DNA of 39,639 nucleotides from Hyphomicrobiales bacterium (GTDB lineage: Bacteria; Pseudomonadota; Alphaproteobacteria; Rhizobiales; Segnochrobactraceae): the NCBI GenBank assembly GCA_038242345.1, contig JBBSSF010000001.1, positions 1 to 39,639 of the forward strand, given 5' to 3'. Shown piece after piece: positions 9,320 to 18,774 of the stretch (its first letter is position 1; every line of letters starts with the position of its first letter). A program made the position numbers and the translations under genes. The notes under the pieces were generated by a model. That model searched no databases and had not been told where the DNA came from. It worked only from the letters and a program-made list of their open reading frames with translations.

Positions 9320-10441
9320 TCATGGTGCGTCGAACTGCTGCAGGAGAACGCGGGCCACCGTGACCAGGTGGTAAAGCGTCGAGGCCGGGGCCGGTGTCGT
9401 CCGCACGAGGGTGCCGTCGTCCAGCATCCGGTCGAGCCACAGGCCGGGAATGTCGGTCTTGAGGAAGCCGTTCAGCACGGTCAGGGCGCTTTCGGCCGCG
9501 TCCAGATCGGCAAAGACCAGGCTCGTGCGCAGCCGCTCGGTCTGGGCCCAGAGGCGGGCGCTGCCATCGAGCACGGCCCCCTGATCGGTCACGGAGAACA
9601 CCGCCGCCCCCGTCGCCGCAAGACCACGGGTCTCGCCGAAGGCCCGCAGCCGGGCCGGCCGGTCACCGGCCGGAAGGCCGAGCCACGTCTCGGCCTCGCG
9701 CAGGAGGAAGGCCCATTCGAACTGATGGCCGGGCTCGCGGAGATGGCCGTCGCTTCCGGCCACGGGGCGCCAGCCGGCATCAAAATATTCGCCGATGGAT
9801 CCGGTGTCCGGGTCGATCAGGCACTCCCCGGCCAGGGCGACGATCTCGGCGGCCCGCTCCCGGAAGCTCCCCTCCACGCCGAAGGACACCCAGGCCAGCA
9901 GCGCTTCGAGCAGGTGCATGTGCGGATTGGAGCGCAGGGGCAGCCGGGCCGGACGCGCCTCCTCGAAGCCGCGCGCGGGATGGGCGAAGCGGACGATCAG
10001 GCGGTCCAGCAGCCCTTCGGCCCGCCGCAGCAGCGCCGCGGGCCGGCCCAGGGCGTCATAGCCATGGGCAAGCGCCAGGAGGACGAAGGCCTGATCGTAG
10101 AGGTCGACGCTGTCGTCGAGGATCGCGCCGTCGGCGGAAACCAGGGTGCGATAGAAGCCGTCCGGACGGCGGTAGAAGCGCTCCAGGCTGTCGAGCCCGT
10201 GGATGACCGCGGCCGGCCACGGCCCCGCCCATCCCAGCCGTCCGGCCTCGGCATAGACGAACACCTGGCGCGCCGGCACCCGCATCCGCCGCGGCGCCTC
10301 GGTCGGTCGGCCGGTCTGGTCGATGCTCTCGCAGAAGCCGCCCCGCACATGGTCGGCCCCGATCTCCCACCAGAGCGGCAAGACATGCTCGAACAGCCAG
10401 TGCCGATAGTCTCTCGCCTGTTGCCGGAGCACCGCTTCCAT
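9320..10441 (-). CDS. AGE-family sugar epimerase/isomerase (possible type III mannose-6-phosphate isomerase)
   Basis: ARQVFVYA, DLYDQAFVLL, SNPHMHLLEA, EPGHQFEW, RLWAQTER and PASTLYH motifs; the ORF extension upstream of ATG 10441 runs through repeat DNA and is excluded. Confidence 0.85.
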   Translation of the reverse strand: MEAVLRQQARDYRHWLFEHVLPLWWEIGADHVRGGFCESIDQTGRPTEAPRRMRVPARQVFVYAEAGRLGWAGPWPAAVIHGLDSLERFYRRPDGFYRTLVSADGAILDDSVDLYDQAFVLLALAHGYDALGRPAALLRRAEGLLDRLIVRFAHPARGFEEARPARLPLRSNPHMHLLEALLAWVSFGVEGSFRERAAEIVALAGECLIDPDTGSIGEYFDAGWRPVAGSDGHLREPGHQFEWAFLLREAETWLGLPAGDRPARLRAFGETRGLAATGAAVFSVTDQGAVLDGSARLWAQTERLRTSLVFADLDAAESALTVLNGFLKTDIPGLWLDRMLDDGTLVRTTPAPASTLYHLVTVARVLLQQFDAP

Positions 10442-10572
10442 GAAGGCCTCACCGCACGCTGTCTGAAAAAGGGGAGGATGGCCGGTCTGCAGGACGGAGA
10501 TCTCCGGGCGCAGAGCCCTGACCTCATTGCAGATGAGGGCGCGGACGTCACGATCCGATGCAAGCCGCCTCA

Positions 10573-10604
10573 TACCAAGGATCCTCGAAGAGGACTCTTT
10601 GGTC
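10573..10604 (-). repeat. Stand-alone 32-bp terminal hairpin module of the 124-bp element
   Basis: TACCAAGGATCCTCGAAGAGGACTCTTTGGTC flanked by TCA on both sides and abutting a full copy. Confidence 0.85.
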
Positions 10605-10607
10605 TCA

Positions 10608-10730
10608 TACCAGGCACGCAAGTGCTGACCGCACCTTAGCGCCTGAAGGGCAGCAGATTTCTCATATGCCCCAAGGGCATGAGAAATCTGCATCGGAATA
10701 CCAAAGAGTCCTCTTCGAGGATCTTTGGTC
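10608..10730 (+). mobile_element. 124-bp element (123 bp copy)
   Basis: TACCAGG...CTTTGGTC with TCA duplication; the right TCA is the stop codon of the adjacent minus-strand glycosyltransferase. Confidence 0.92.
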
Positions 10731-11789
10731 TCAGTCCGGCGCCCGGCCGAAGAAGTCCGCCACGCTGCCGATCCGATGCAAGACCCCGCGCGAGATGAGC
10801 TCCTTCTGTCGCTGCGGGGAGGAGATCACCACACTGTCCCGAAAGAATTCATGCACCTTGTCCTCCGGCAGGTCGCGCGCCATCGTCCCGATCATCCACC
10901 TCGTATAGAGACCACGAACAAATGTCGTATCCGGACGCTGACGGAACTTATGCATGAACTGATTGGCGTCAATCAGATCATAGTGCAGGACCATCCCGGC
11001 ATGAACCGTCTTCACACTCTGCCCAGGCAGGGGTTTCCAATAATGGATGAGGGGCCGCATCTTCGCGATCCGGCTGGTGCGGACGAAGGACTTGCCGTTG
11101 AAATAGGACAGGAAATAGCCGGTGGGAATGACGCGCCTGGTCACCGGGTGGCGCATCACCCGCGGAAAGCCGCGACGCAACAGGGCCTGAAAATAAAGCT
11201 GGTCGTACCAGGCTTCGGCAACGGGAGAGCGGAGCAGCTTGCGCACCACGAAACGCGAATAGCGCCACAGCTGCTCGGCGACCGGAAAGCGGCCCAGGAA
11301 GAGATCATGGGGGCCGAAGGGATGGGACGACGTTTCCGTGGCGGGAACCGCATCCAGATTTATCATCTTGACCTGATCGGCCTGCTCGGAAACCCCCGCC
11401 AGCAAAGCCTCCAGGCTGCCGGGCGAGAAGCGGTCGGCCATGCCGCCGACGATCAGCTCGTCCGGATCGAGCGCGCTGATCCAGGTGATGCCGTCCGCGC
11501 GCGCCTGACAGGCGGCCCAGTAGATGTTCAGCATCTTGCGCAGGTCCATCCAGTCGTCCCAGTTGTCCCGGACCCACGTGAACCAGTCTGTTGTGTCCTC
11601 GACCTCCTCCGGCCGAACATTGGGCCGCGCCACGACATCGGGCATGGCACTCAGAAGAGCCGGCGTCTCGTCTGTCGTTCCGTCATAGAACACATAAAAA
11701 CGTGAACACCCGAGGGCCCGATGATAACGGATAGCCTCGGGAAGCATCCGCGCTTCATTCTTGATCGTATAGGTAATTGAAAAAGACAT
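10731..11789 (-). CDS. Glycosyltransferase, GT-A fold (Glyco_tranf_2_4 / GT92-like)
   Basis: IKNEARMLPEAIRYHRALGCSRFYVFYDGTTD, WISALDPDELI (DxDE), NGKSFVR and VLHY motifs. Confidence 0.8.
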   Translation of the reverse strand: MSFSITYTIKNEARMLPEAIRYHRALGCSRFYVFYDGTTDETPALLSAMPDVVARPNVRPEEVEDTTDWFTWVRDNWDDWMDLRKMLNIYWAACQARADGITWISALDPDELIVGGMADRFSPGSLEALLAGVSEQADQVKMINLDAVPATETSSHPFGPHDLFLGRFPVAEQLWRYSRFVVRKLLRSPVAEAWYDQLYFQALLRRGFPRVMRHPVTRRVIPTGYFLSYFNGKSFVRTSRIAKMRPLIHYWKPLPGQSVKTVHAGMVLHYDLIDANQFMHKFRQRPDTTFVRGLYTRWMIGTMARDLPEDKVHEFFRDSVVISSPQRQKELISRGVLHRIGSVADFFGRAPD

Positions 11790-11929
11790 ATGCAATTATC
11801 CGAAAATAACTATTGCTCCGATCAATAGCGCACCCGGAGAAAAAGCCAATGGGACGCCCCGCCGCATCGGCAGGAACACCCCATCGACGAGGAGGCCGCT
11901 TTCACGATCAGCCCGAAGTCCCCAGCTGC

Positions 11930-12191
11930 GAGAATATTTTCAAGCGCAGTGGACGCCGGTTCGCGCGAGGAACATGCCCGAGACCAGGCGCACGACGTGC
12001 TGACCGGACCGTGCGCCTGAAGGACATCTGATTTCCGGCATGCACAAATGGCATGAGAAATCCGTACCGGAATACCGAAGAGACCTTTTCAAGGATCTTT
12101 TAAAGCCTGGAGCATTTTCCACTGAACCGGAGTGAACGGAAAATGCTTCAGGGCACTTGCCGTGATCCGGGGCGAACGGAAAACGGTCTAG
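11930..12191 (+). repeat. Degenerate CTAG-bounded mosaic palindromic repeat (RIME/Bru-RS-like), interrupted by a 124-bp element
   Basis: 11930-11978 aligns with the left half and about 12107-12151 with the right half of the 16756-16862 repeat; an extra right-half module ends at CTAG 12188-12191. Confidence 0.7.
11982..12104 (+). mobile_element. 124-bp element (diverged, right end eroded), nested in the CTAG repeat
   Basis: GACCAGGCGCACGACGTGCTGACC...TACCGAAGAGACCTTTTCAAGGATCTTT. Confidence 0.85.
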
Positions 12192-13552
12192 GTCCGGAAA
12201 GCCCCTGAACGCCTCCGGGAGGCGAGCGGACCTCCCGCCCCGCTCCGTCCGGCGACGGCCCCCGGACGCCAGGCCTGGCCCGGCATCAGGCGACGCATGG
12301 CCCCTCGGCTCCGTCCCAGAGCCGCTGCAGCCAGGTTGTCCGAATTCAGAACCATGATCAGATAGCAAATGATTGCCGGATTGATAACTCTCTTCTCCAA
12401 GCCGAAAGGAGAGAAAAATACATTCCAAAGCATCGTCATGCTGACAAAGGCCGTAAACCCGCTGAGAAAAGACGGCTTCGAAATAGACCGATAGAATGCC
12501 ATGATGGACAGTATCATAACCCAAAACCAAAACAGGGCACCCGCAATTCCGTGCTGAACCCAAGCACCAAATATATGAGAATGTGACGGAATAAGATCAT
12601 CGACCAAATAGTTTCTTGCCCCACCAGCTTTCTCAATGGCAACAACCATCAGTTCGAAATATTTCTTATCCCGCGCCCACGACCCATGCCCAAATATGGG
12701 TGAATCTTTTATTGCCTCCACAGACGAAAGAACTTCAGACCGACCAGAAAGGATGATATTCAAATTGGAATTGCTTTGTAACATATATTTCAATTGCGCC
12801 GCTTCGCCCATGAAGCCAGATCCGGCAAGATACTTGTAGACCTGGATAAGAAGATATCCACCAAGTGCGCAAATAGATAAGACGAAAAATATCTTGACTG
12901 GACTGGTAACTTTTCCTGGACGTCCAACCATAGCATTTGAAACAGCCGCAATAGCCGTAATACCCGCGAGACTACGGGCATTTAGATAGAGATTGATAGC
13001 CATCGCCAGAAATGGCAAAATTATTCCGATTATTCTTAAATAGTTATGCTTCATAAGAAAAGCAGAAATAATAAAAACTATTACTGTAAAAGAAATTCCA
13101 TATCCAAACTTCCATACATCGCCAAAAACATCTCCCTTTGATTCAATTGATACACCATAATACACACCAATTGCAGATGCAACATAAAGCATTAGAATAA
13201 AAAATACAATTCTTTCTATTTTCCAATTGCATATTGCAGAAATAGACGAAAAATTAATAATAAAAAATAATATCATTGCCACTCCTCTTATGTAGTCATC
13301 AAATTGTGATTGTCGATAAATATCCGTTACTATACAACCAAGAATCCATATTGATGCAAAAAGATAAAATTTCTTCACTTCTACAAAATCAGGCCAGGAA
13401 CGGAAAAATACAATCGGAAATATGGCGATCAAGATGACGTCTGAAAGCGTCAATATACCAACGACATTTATTCTTATCGTGATGGAGAGAGAAATTATTG
13501 CAATAAATAACGTTACATAAGTGTTTTTTTGAATTAAATTATAATGTCTCAT
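12188..13552 (-). CDS. wzy: Wzy-like polysaccharide polymerase (O-antigen ligase/polymerase superfamily)
   Basis: About 10-11 hydrophobic segments, NARS, SGR...PIFGHG and SHSHIFGAWVQHGIAG loop motifs; strongly AT-rich. Confidence 0.8.
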   Translation of the reverse strand: MRHYNLIQKNTYVTLFIAIISLSITIRINVVGILTLSDVILIAIFPIVFFRSWPDFVEVKKFYLFASIWILGCIVTDIYRQSQFDDYIRGVAMILFFIINFSSISAICNWKIERIVFFILMLYVASAIGVYYGVSIESKGDVFGDVWKFGYGISFTVIVFIISAFLMKHNYLRIIGIILPFLAMAINLYLNARSLAGITAIAAVSNAMVGRPGKVTSPVKIFFVLSICALGGYLLIQVYKYLAGSGFMGEAAQLKYMLQSNSNLNIILSGRSEVLSSVEAIKDSPIFGHGSWARDKKYFELMVVAIEKAGGARNYLVDDLIPSHSHIFGAWVQHGIAGALFWFWVMILSIMAFYRSISKPSFLSGFTAFVSMTMLWNVFFSPFGLEKRVINPAIICYLIMVLNSDNLAAAALGRSRGAMRRLMPGQAWRPGAVAGRSGAGGPLASRRRSGAFRT

Positions 13553-13607
13553 CCCATAAACCTATAATCACAAAATCACATGATCGAATAGATATCGGGG
13601 CACTTCA

Positions 13608-13730
13608 TACCAGGCACGCAAGTGCTGACCGCACCCTAGCGCCTGAAGGGCAGCAGATTTCTCATATGCCCCAAAGACATGAGAAATCTGAACCGGAATG
13701 CCAAAGAGTCCTTTTCAAGGACCTTTGGTA
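13608..13730 (+). mobile_element. 124-bp element (123 bp copy)
   Basis: TACCAGG...CTTTGGTA with TCA duplication (13605-13607, 13731-13733). Confidence 0.92.
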
Positions 13731-13844
13731 TCAGTCCCTGGCTCTCTCCAGATCCGGAAAAGGCTGACACATTCCGCCACGGAAAAAATACAGCTTTTTC
13801 CCGTCTCCGGGCCAGCCGAGAAGCCCCCCCACGCGCCTCCGGAC

Positions 13845-13876
13845 AAAAAAGGCCCCGCCACATTGTGGCGGGGCCC
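13845..13876 (-). terminator. Rho-independent terminator
   Basis: GGCCCCGCCACA/TGTGGCGGGGCC stem followed by T6 on the minus strand, about 30 bp after the 13905 stop. Confidence 0.88.
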
Positions 13877-13904
13877 AGGAATTCCGGATCAGGCGGACCA
13901 ACCC

Positions 13905-14753
13905 TCAGAGGGTCGGAGACGGGCTCGCTTCGCGGGCGGGATCCGTGGACACGTCGCCGAAGGCGATCGTGCCCAGAACAGCGCCGGGAGTGTTGCCGAC
14001 GACACCGCTGTCGCCCACCACCTGGCCGGACCCGGACCCGACAGTGCTGCCGCCGGTGCTGACCGAACCGCTGTTGTCCGAACCGAGCACGCCGCCCACG
14101 ACACCGCCGGTGTCGCTGCCGGTCCCCGTCGAGACGTCGACCGAACCACCCGTCCCGCCAAGATCACTGCCGCTGGTGTCCGTGCCCGTCGAGATGCCGC
14201 CGGTGCTGCCGGTCACGACCGGAACGGAGGTCCCGGTGCCGCCCGTGCTCCCCGTGGAGACGCCCCCGGTCGAGCCATCGACCGCACCGACCGTCGTGCC
14301 ACCCGTCGTCGTGCCACCGGAGGTGACCGAGCCCGTGGCCAGGGTCGTGCCGGACGTGATGGTACCGGACGTGCCGTCGGTGCTGACCCCGTACACGACC
14401 GGCAGCGCCATCGCCGCAGGGGCCAGGTTGCCGCTGACGATGCTCCGGGTCATGGCGGACGCCATGCTCGGGCAGGCGGGCTGAACCTTCGTCACCCCGC
14501 GGGTGTTGAGAAGCTGGACGCAGTCCTTCACGCCGGAATAGGCGATGCTGGCCGCGCTGCCCCGTCCGATGAGGACGCGCGCACCGGCCGCAAGCGTCGC
14601 ACCATCCTGGACCGGGACAAATCCCTTGCCGCTATCGACCATGACATTGCCGCTGACGGCCGTCAGCGTCGCCACGGGAGCAGTCTGGGCTGCCAGCGCA
14701 CTGCCGGCACAAAGGAAAAAAGAAAGGGTCAGGACAGTCCGCCGCCGGGCCAT
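13905..14753 (-). CDS. Secreted Gly/Thr/Ser-rich low-complexity protein
   Basis: GGAGA RBS, signal peptide MARRRTVLTLSFFLCAGSALA, small beta domain with two Cys, about 150 aa G/T/S-rich tail, own terminator. Confidence 0.8.
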   Translation of the reverse strand: MARRRTVLTLSFFLCAGSALAAQTAPVATLTAVSGNVMVDSGKGFVPVQDGATLAAGARVLIGRGSAASIAYSGVKDCVQLLNTRGVTKVQPACPSMASAMTRSIVSGNLAPAAMALPVVYGVSTDGTSGTITSGTTLATGSVTSGGTTTGGTTVGAVDGSTGGVSTGSTGGTGTSVPVVTGSTGGISTGTDTSGSDLGGTGGSVDVSTGTGSDTGGVVGGVLGSDNSGSVSTGGSTVGSGSGQVVGDSGVVGNTPGAVLGTIAFGDVSTDPAREASPSPTL

Positions 14754-15077
14754 CGATATCTCTCCGCAAGAGGCCAATATCGGTTAATTTCGTCCGACTA
14801 CGGACAGATAGCACCTTATCAGCTTATGCGCGAAAATCAACACCCCCACACCGCCCCCAAGAGTCGTGCCCACGCATCCCCCTGCCCCGGAAATCACCTC
14901 TGCAGAAATCTCCCCCTTCCTTCCGCCTTCATCTCCGCCCGATAGCGCAAATCATCTCTTTAGCGTCACTAGATCCTCACAGAAAATCAGCATATCTCAA
15001 ATTTTCACCCATCAGAATGGGCTAATAATTAATAAAAATACGATTCAATATAAAAGTATATTCACCCACGCCCCTTA

Positions 15078-15201
15078 TACCAGGCGCACGAAGTGCTGAC
15101 CGCACCTTGGCGCCTGAAGGGCAGCAGATTTCTCATATGCCCCAAAGACATGAGAAATTTGCATCGGAATACCAAAGGATCCTTTTCAAGGACCTTTGGT
15201 A
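15078..15201 (+). mobile_element. 124-bp element
   Basis: TACCAGG...CTTTGGTA with TTA on both sides (15075-15077, 15202-15204). Confidence 0.92.
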
Positions 15202-15379
15202 TTATTCACCCCCTGGCAACGCAACGAAAGGACGGGGATTAAAAATTAATATTCGTTGAACGCTGTCTCTTTCAATCCTACAGTAGACTGCGTGACGCGA
15301 CCAGTTCTTGTTTCAATATCGACATCAATGTTTCGTAGAGAGAAATCATTTGCCTAGGACAGGATCGTCAAGAATATCC

Positions 15380-16759
15380 ATGATTCTCAGCAATGCATTG
15401 AAATTGCTGAAATTTATTCGCCTTCATCCCTATGATACGACGACCGAGGAGGGGCGCTCCAACGAGCGGATGCGCCGGATTGCCCTGACGGCACTGATGT
15501 CCGGCCTGGCAAAATTAATAAGCACGCTCTCCGTTCTGATATATATTCCCCTCACTCTGAAATATCTTGGTCCGGATCGTTACGGAATCTGGATGATTTT
15601 CAGCTCGTTTGCATTATTATTCAGTTTTACGGATTTCGGCATCGGGAATGGCGTCCTCACCCTCGTTGCCGAGGGGACTGGAAAGGCCGACACGCTCCGC
15701 CAGCGCACCATTATTACGAACGGATATATTTCCTTGTGCGCAATCATGATTGCGTTCGGATTGCTGTTCGTTGCGAGCTATCAATTCATTCCATGGGGTG
15801 GCATCTTCAACACCACCTCCGATGAACTGATACAGGAAATAAAAGTTTCAGCTTTTATATATGCACTCTTATTTCTTGTTGGCATTCCGATTGGATTGAT
15901 AAATAGAATTCAGGCCGGATTACAACAGTCGTTTGAATCAAGTATCTGGCAAAGCATATCAAGTCTCATGGGCCTTGTCGCAATCCTGACAACAATATTT
16001 CTTCAAGGCGGACTGCCCTATCTGGTCGCGTCTATCGCGGCAGTTCCTGTCATTTCCAACTCTTTCAATACAATTTGGCTGTTTTACAAGCGAAGAGATT
16101 TGCTTCCTCAGCTTTCACTTGCTGATATGGATATCATTTATACAATTGCAAAATTTGGACTCATGTTCTTTATATTGCAATTAAACGTAGGGTTGACGTC
16201 CGGATTTGACAATATCATCATTTCCCATTTCTCCGGACAGTCCGATGTGAGCGTCTATGCGGTCTCATTTCAGCTGTTCAACATGCTCGGACAGTTTGTG
16301 ATGCTGGCGCTCGCGCCGACATGGCCCGCCTTTACCGAGGCCCTGGCGCGCGGGGAACGCTCCTGGGTGCGCACGGCGCTCAAGCGCGCGCTCGCCTTTT
16401 CCTTTGGAATTGCCCTGGTCGGCAGCCTCGCGCTCGTCCTGCTGATGCCGGTCCTGCAAACCTACTGGATGAGAAATCTTATTCAAATTCCGCTCGCGCT
16501 CACCATCGGACTGATGTTATGGCGCATCGTCGACACCACAGGCAATGCGATGGGCATATATCTCAACGCCGCGATGATCGTAAAACCGCAGATCGCCGTT
16601 GCCCTGGTGACCGGAATCATGATGATCGTGACAAAAATTCTATTTGTCTCTTATTTCGGTGTCGCCGGAATGGCATTTGCAGCTGTCATCACCTATTTCA
16701 TCTTCACGCTGATCCCCTATGGCGTCATTGTCAGAAGAAGTGCGTTCACCGGCAGCTAG
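15380..16759 (+). CDS. wzx: Wzx-type oligosaccharide flippase (MOP/PST family)
   Basis: 12 or more TM segments; IPLTLKYLGPDRYGIW, FTDFGIGNG, DNIIISHFSG and WPAFTEALARG motifs. Confidence 0.88.
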   Translation: MILSNALKLLKFIRLHPYDTTTEEGRSNERMRRIALTALMSGLAKLISTLSVLIYIPLTLKYLGPDRYGIWMIFSSFALLFSFTDFGIGNGVLTLVAEGTGKADTLRQRTIITNGYISLCAIMIAFGLLFVASYQFIPWGGIFNTTSDELIQEIKVSAFIYALLFLVGIPIGLINRIQAGLQQSFESSIWQSISSLMGLVAILTTIFLQGGLPYLVASIAAVPVISNSFNTIWLFYKRRDLLPQLSLADMDIIYTIAKFGLMFFILQLNVGLTSGFDNIIISHFSGQSDVSVYAVSFQLFNMLGQFVMLALAPTWPAFTEALARGERSWVRTALKRALAFSFGIALVGSLALVLLMPVLQTYWMRNLIQIPLALTIGLMLWRIVDTTGNAMGIYLNAAMIVKPQIAVALVTGIMMIVTKILFVSYFGVAGMAFAAVITYFIFTLIPYGVIVRRSAFTGS

Positions 16760-16862
16760 AGCATTTTCAAGCGAAGCGGATACTGGTTCGCGTGAAGAAA
16801 ATGCGTAAAATCAAAAGACTAGAGCGTTTACCGTGAGCCGAAGCGAACGGAAAATGCTCTAG
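16756..16862 (+). repeat. 107-bp CTAG-bounded mosaic palindromic repeat (RIME/Bru-RS-like)
   Basis: CTAGAGCATTTTC...GAAAATGCTCTAG terminal inverted repeat with two internal hairpins; begins on the wzx TAG stop. Confidence 0.85.
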
Positions 16863-16869
16863 GGCATCA

Positions 16870-16993
16870 TACCAGCCGCACGACGTGCCGGCCGCACCTT
16901 AGCGCCTGAAGGACAGCAGATTTCTCATATGCCCCAAGGACATGAGAAATTCGCATCGGAATGCCAAAGAGTCCTCTTCGAGGATCTTTGGTA
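16870..16993 (+). mobile_element. 124-bp element
   Basis: TACCAGCCG...CTTTGGTA with TCA duplication. Confidence 0.92.
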
Positions 16994-17202
16994 TCACCGG
17001 TCGATGCGATGGCTCCCCCGTTCTCCCGGCCCGCCTCCCGCCCCGGCGGGCGGACCGCTTGCCAGCGGCCGGGGGAGGGTGTTTATCGGGTGCCCGAGCG
17101 GGCGGCACCCAAGCTCCGGAAATGGCAGGTCCTCTTCAAAAAACTGCTATTTTCCCGTCGTATACGGGCCGCGAAACGGACGCTTCGTGGTCGAGGGTGA
17201 CA

Positions 17203-18525
17203 ATGCAAGTTGCGATGATCGGAACAGGATATGTGGGCCTTGTGTCCGGCGCCTGTTTTTCTGATTTCGGCCATCATGTGATCTGCGTCGACAAGGACGA
17301 AGACAAGATCCAGCGGCTGCGCACGGGCGAAATCCCGATCTACGAACCCGGCCTCGATGCCCTCGTGGCGCACAATGTCGCAGCCGGGCGGCTGGAATTC
17401 ACCCTCGATCTGGCCGCCGCCGTGCGCGGCGCCGATGCCGTCTTCATTGCCGTCGGCACGCCGTCGCGCCGCGGCGACGGCCATGCCGACCTGTCCTATG
17501 TCTTTGCCGCCACGCGCGAGATCGTCGCCGCGGCGGAAGGCTTCACCGTCATCGTCAACAAGTCGACGGTCCCCGTCGGCACCGGCGACGAGGTCGAGCG
17601 CATCGCCCGGGAACTGCGTCCCGAGGCCGACATCGCCGTCGTCTCCAACCCGGAATTCCTGCGCGAGGGCGCGGCCATCGAGGACTTCAAGCGTCCGGAC
17701 CGGGTGGTGATCGGCACCGACGATCCCCGCGCCCGCTCGGTCATGGCCGATCTCTACCGGCCGCTGTCCCTCAACGCCGCGCCGCTGATGTTCACGGACC
17801 GCCGCTCGTCCGAGCTCATCAAATATGCCGCCAACGCCTTCCTCGCCATGAAGATCACCTTCATCAACGAGATGGCGGAGCTGTGCGAGGCGGTCGGCGG
17901 GGACGTGCAGGATGTCGCCCGCGGCATCGGCCTCGACAAGCGCATCGGGCCGAAATTCCTCCATGCCGGGCCGGGCTATGGCGGCTCCTGCTTTCCCAAG
18001 GACACCCTCGCCCTCACCCGCACCGCCGAGGAGGCCGGGCGCCCGCTGCGCCTGGTCGAGACCGTCGTTTCGGTCAACGATTCCCGCAAGCTGGCCATGG
18101 GACGCAAGGTCGTCGCCCTCCTCGACGGACAGGTCCGCGGCCGCACCGTCGCCGTGCTCGGCCTGTCCTTCAAGCCCAACACCGACGACATGCGCTACAG
18201 CCCCGCCATCAGCCTCGTCACCACCCTGATGGACAAGGGCATGCGGGTGCGCGCCTATGATCCGGCCGCCATGGACGAGGCCCGCAAGGTCCTGCCCGAC
18301 GGGGTCGTCTACTGCGCCAGCCCCTATGAGGCGGCCACCGGCGCCGACTGCCTCGTCATCGTGACCGAATGGGATGCCTTCCGCGCCCTGGATTTCGGCC
18401 GGCTGAAGAGCGTCATGGCCGGCCACGCCCTGGTCGACCTGCGCAACATCTACCGTCCGAGCGAGGTCACAGCCCATGGCTTCCGCTATGCGAGCGTCGG
18501 ACGCGGGCTGACCGAGCCGGCCTGA
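17203..18525 (+). CDS. ugd: UDP-glucose 6-dehydrogenase
   Basis: IGTGYVGL, NKSTVPVGT, SNPEFLREG, KYAANAF, GYGGSCFPKD and FKPNTDDMR motifs. Confidence 0.96.
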   Translation: MQVAMIGTGYVGLVSGACFSDFGHHVICVDKDEDKIQRLRTGEIPIYEPGLDALVAHNVAAGRLEFTLDLAAAVRGADAVFIAVGTPSRRGDGHADLSYVFAATREIVAAAEGFTVIVNKSTVPVGTGDEVERIARELRPEADIAVVSNPEFLREGAAIEDFKRPDRVVIGTDDPRARSVMADLYRPLSLNAAPLMFTDRRSSELIKYAANAFLAMKITFINEMAELCEAVGGDVQDVARGIGLDKRIGPKFLHAGPGYGGSCFPKDTLALTRTAEEAGRPLRLVETVVSVNDSRKLAMGRKVVALLDGQVRGRTVAVLGLSFKPNTDDMRYSPAISLVTTLMDKGMRVRAYDPAAMDEARKVLPDGVVYCASPYEAATGADCLVIVTEWDAFRALDFGRLKSVMAGHALVDLRNIYRPSEVTAHGFRYASVGRGLTEPA

Positions 18526-18649
18526 GACCAAAGGCCCTTGAAAAGGATCCTTTGGTATTCCGATGCGGATTTCTCATGTCCTTGGGGCATATGAGAAATC
18601 CGCTATCCTTCAGGCGCTAAGGTGCGGTCAGCACTTCGTGCGCCTGGTA
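18526..18649 (-). mobile_element. 124-bp element, first of a tandem pair
   Basis: Starts right after the ugd TGA and ends at TGA 18650-18652. Confidence 0.92.
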
Positions 18650-18652
18650 TGA

Positions 18653-18774
18653 TACCAAAGATCCCCGGAAAGGATTCCCTGGCATTCCGATGCAGCTTTT
18701 CCATGTCCTCGGGGCATATGGAAAAGCTGCTGATCTTCCGGCGCCCGAGATGCGCCGCACGTGCGTGCCGGGCA
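18653..18774 (-). mobile_element. 124-bp element (122 bp diverged copy), second of a tandem pair
   Basis: Shares a TGA with the previous copy and ends at TGA 18775-18777; middle stem is perfect despite three changed pairs. Confidence 0.88.

Noticed and set aside
9320-10693. N-terminal extensions of the AGE gene, ugd (from 16942), repA (from 31382) and the ligase-region ORF 27638-28567
   Set aside because: These extensions start inside repeat elements, and family motifs begin at downstream ATGs.
13636-13863. Recurrent small ORFs ending ...SLGHMRNLLPFRR or containing YQRVLFEDLW as a peptide gene family
   Set aside because: They are translations of the repeat element. Starts are inconsistent and indels among copies (122-124 bp) break the frames.
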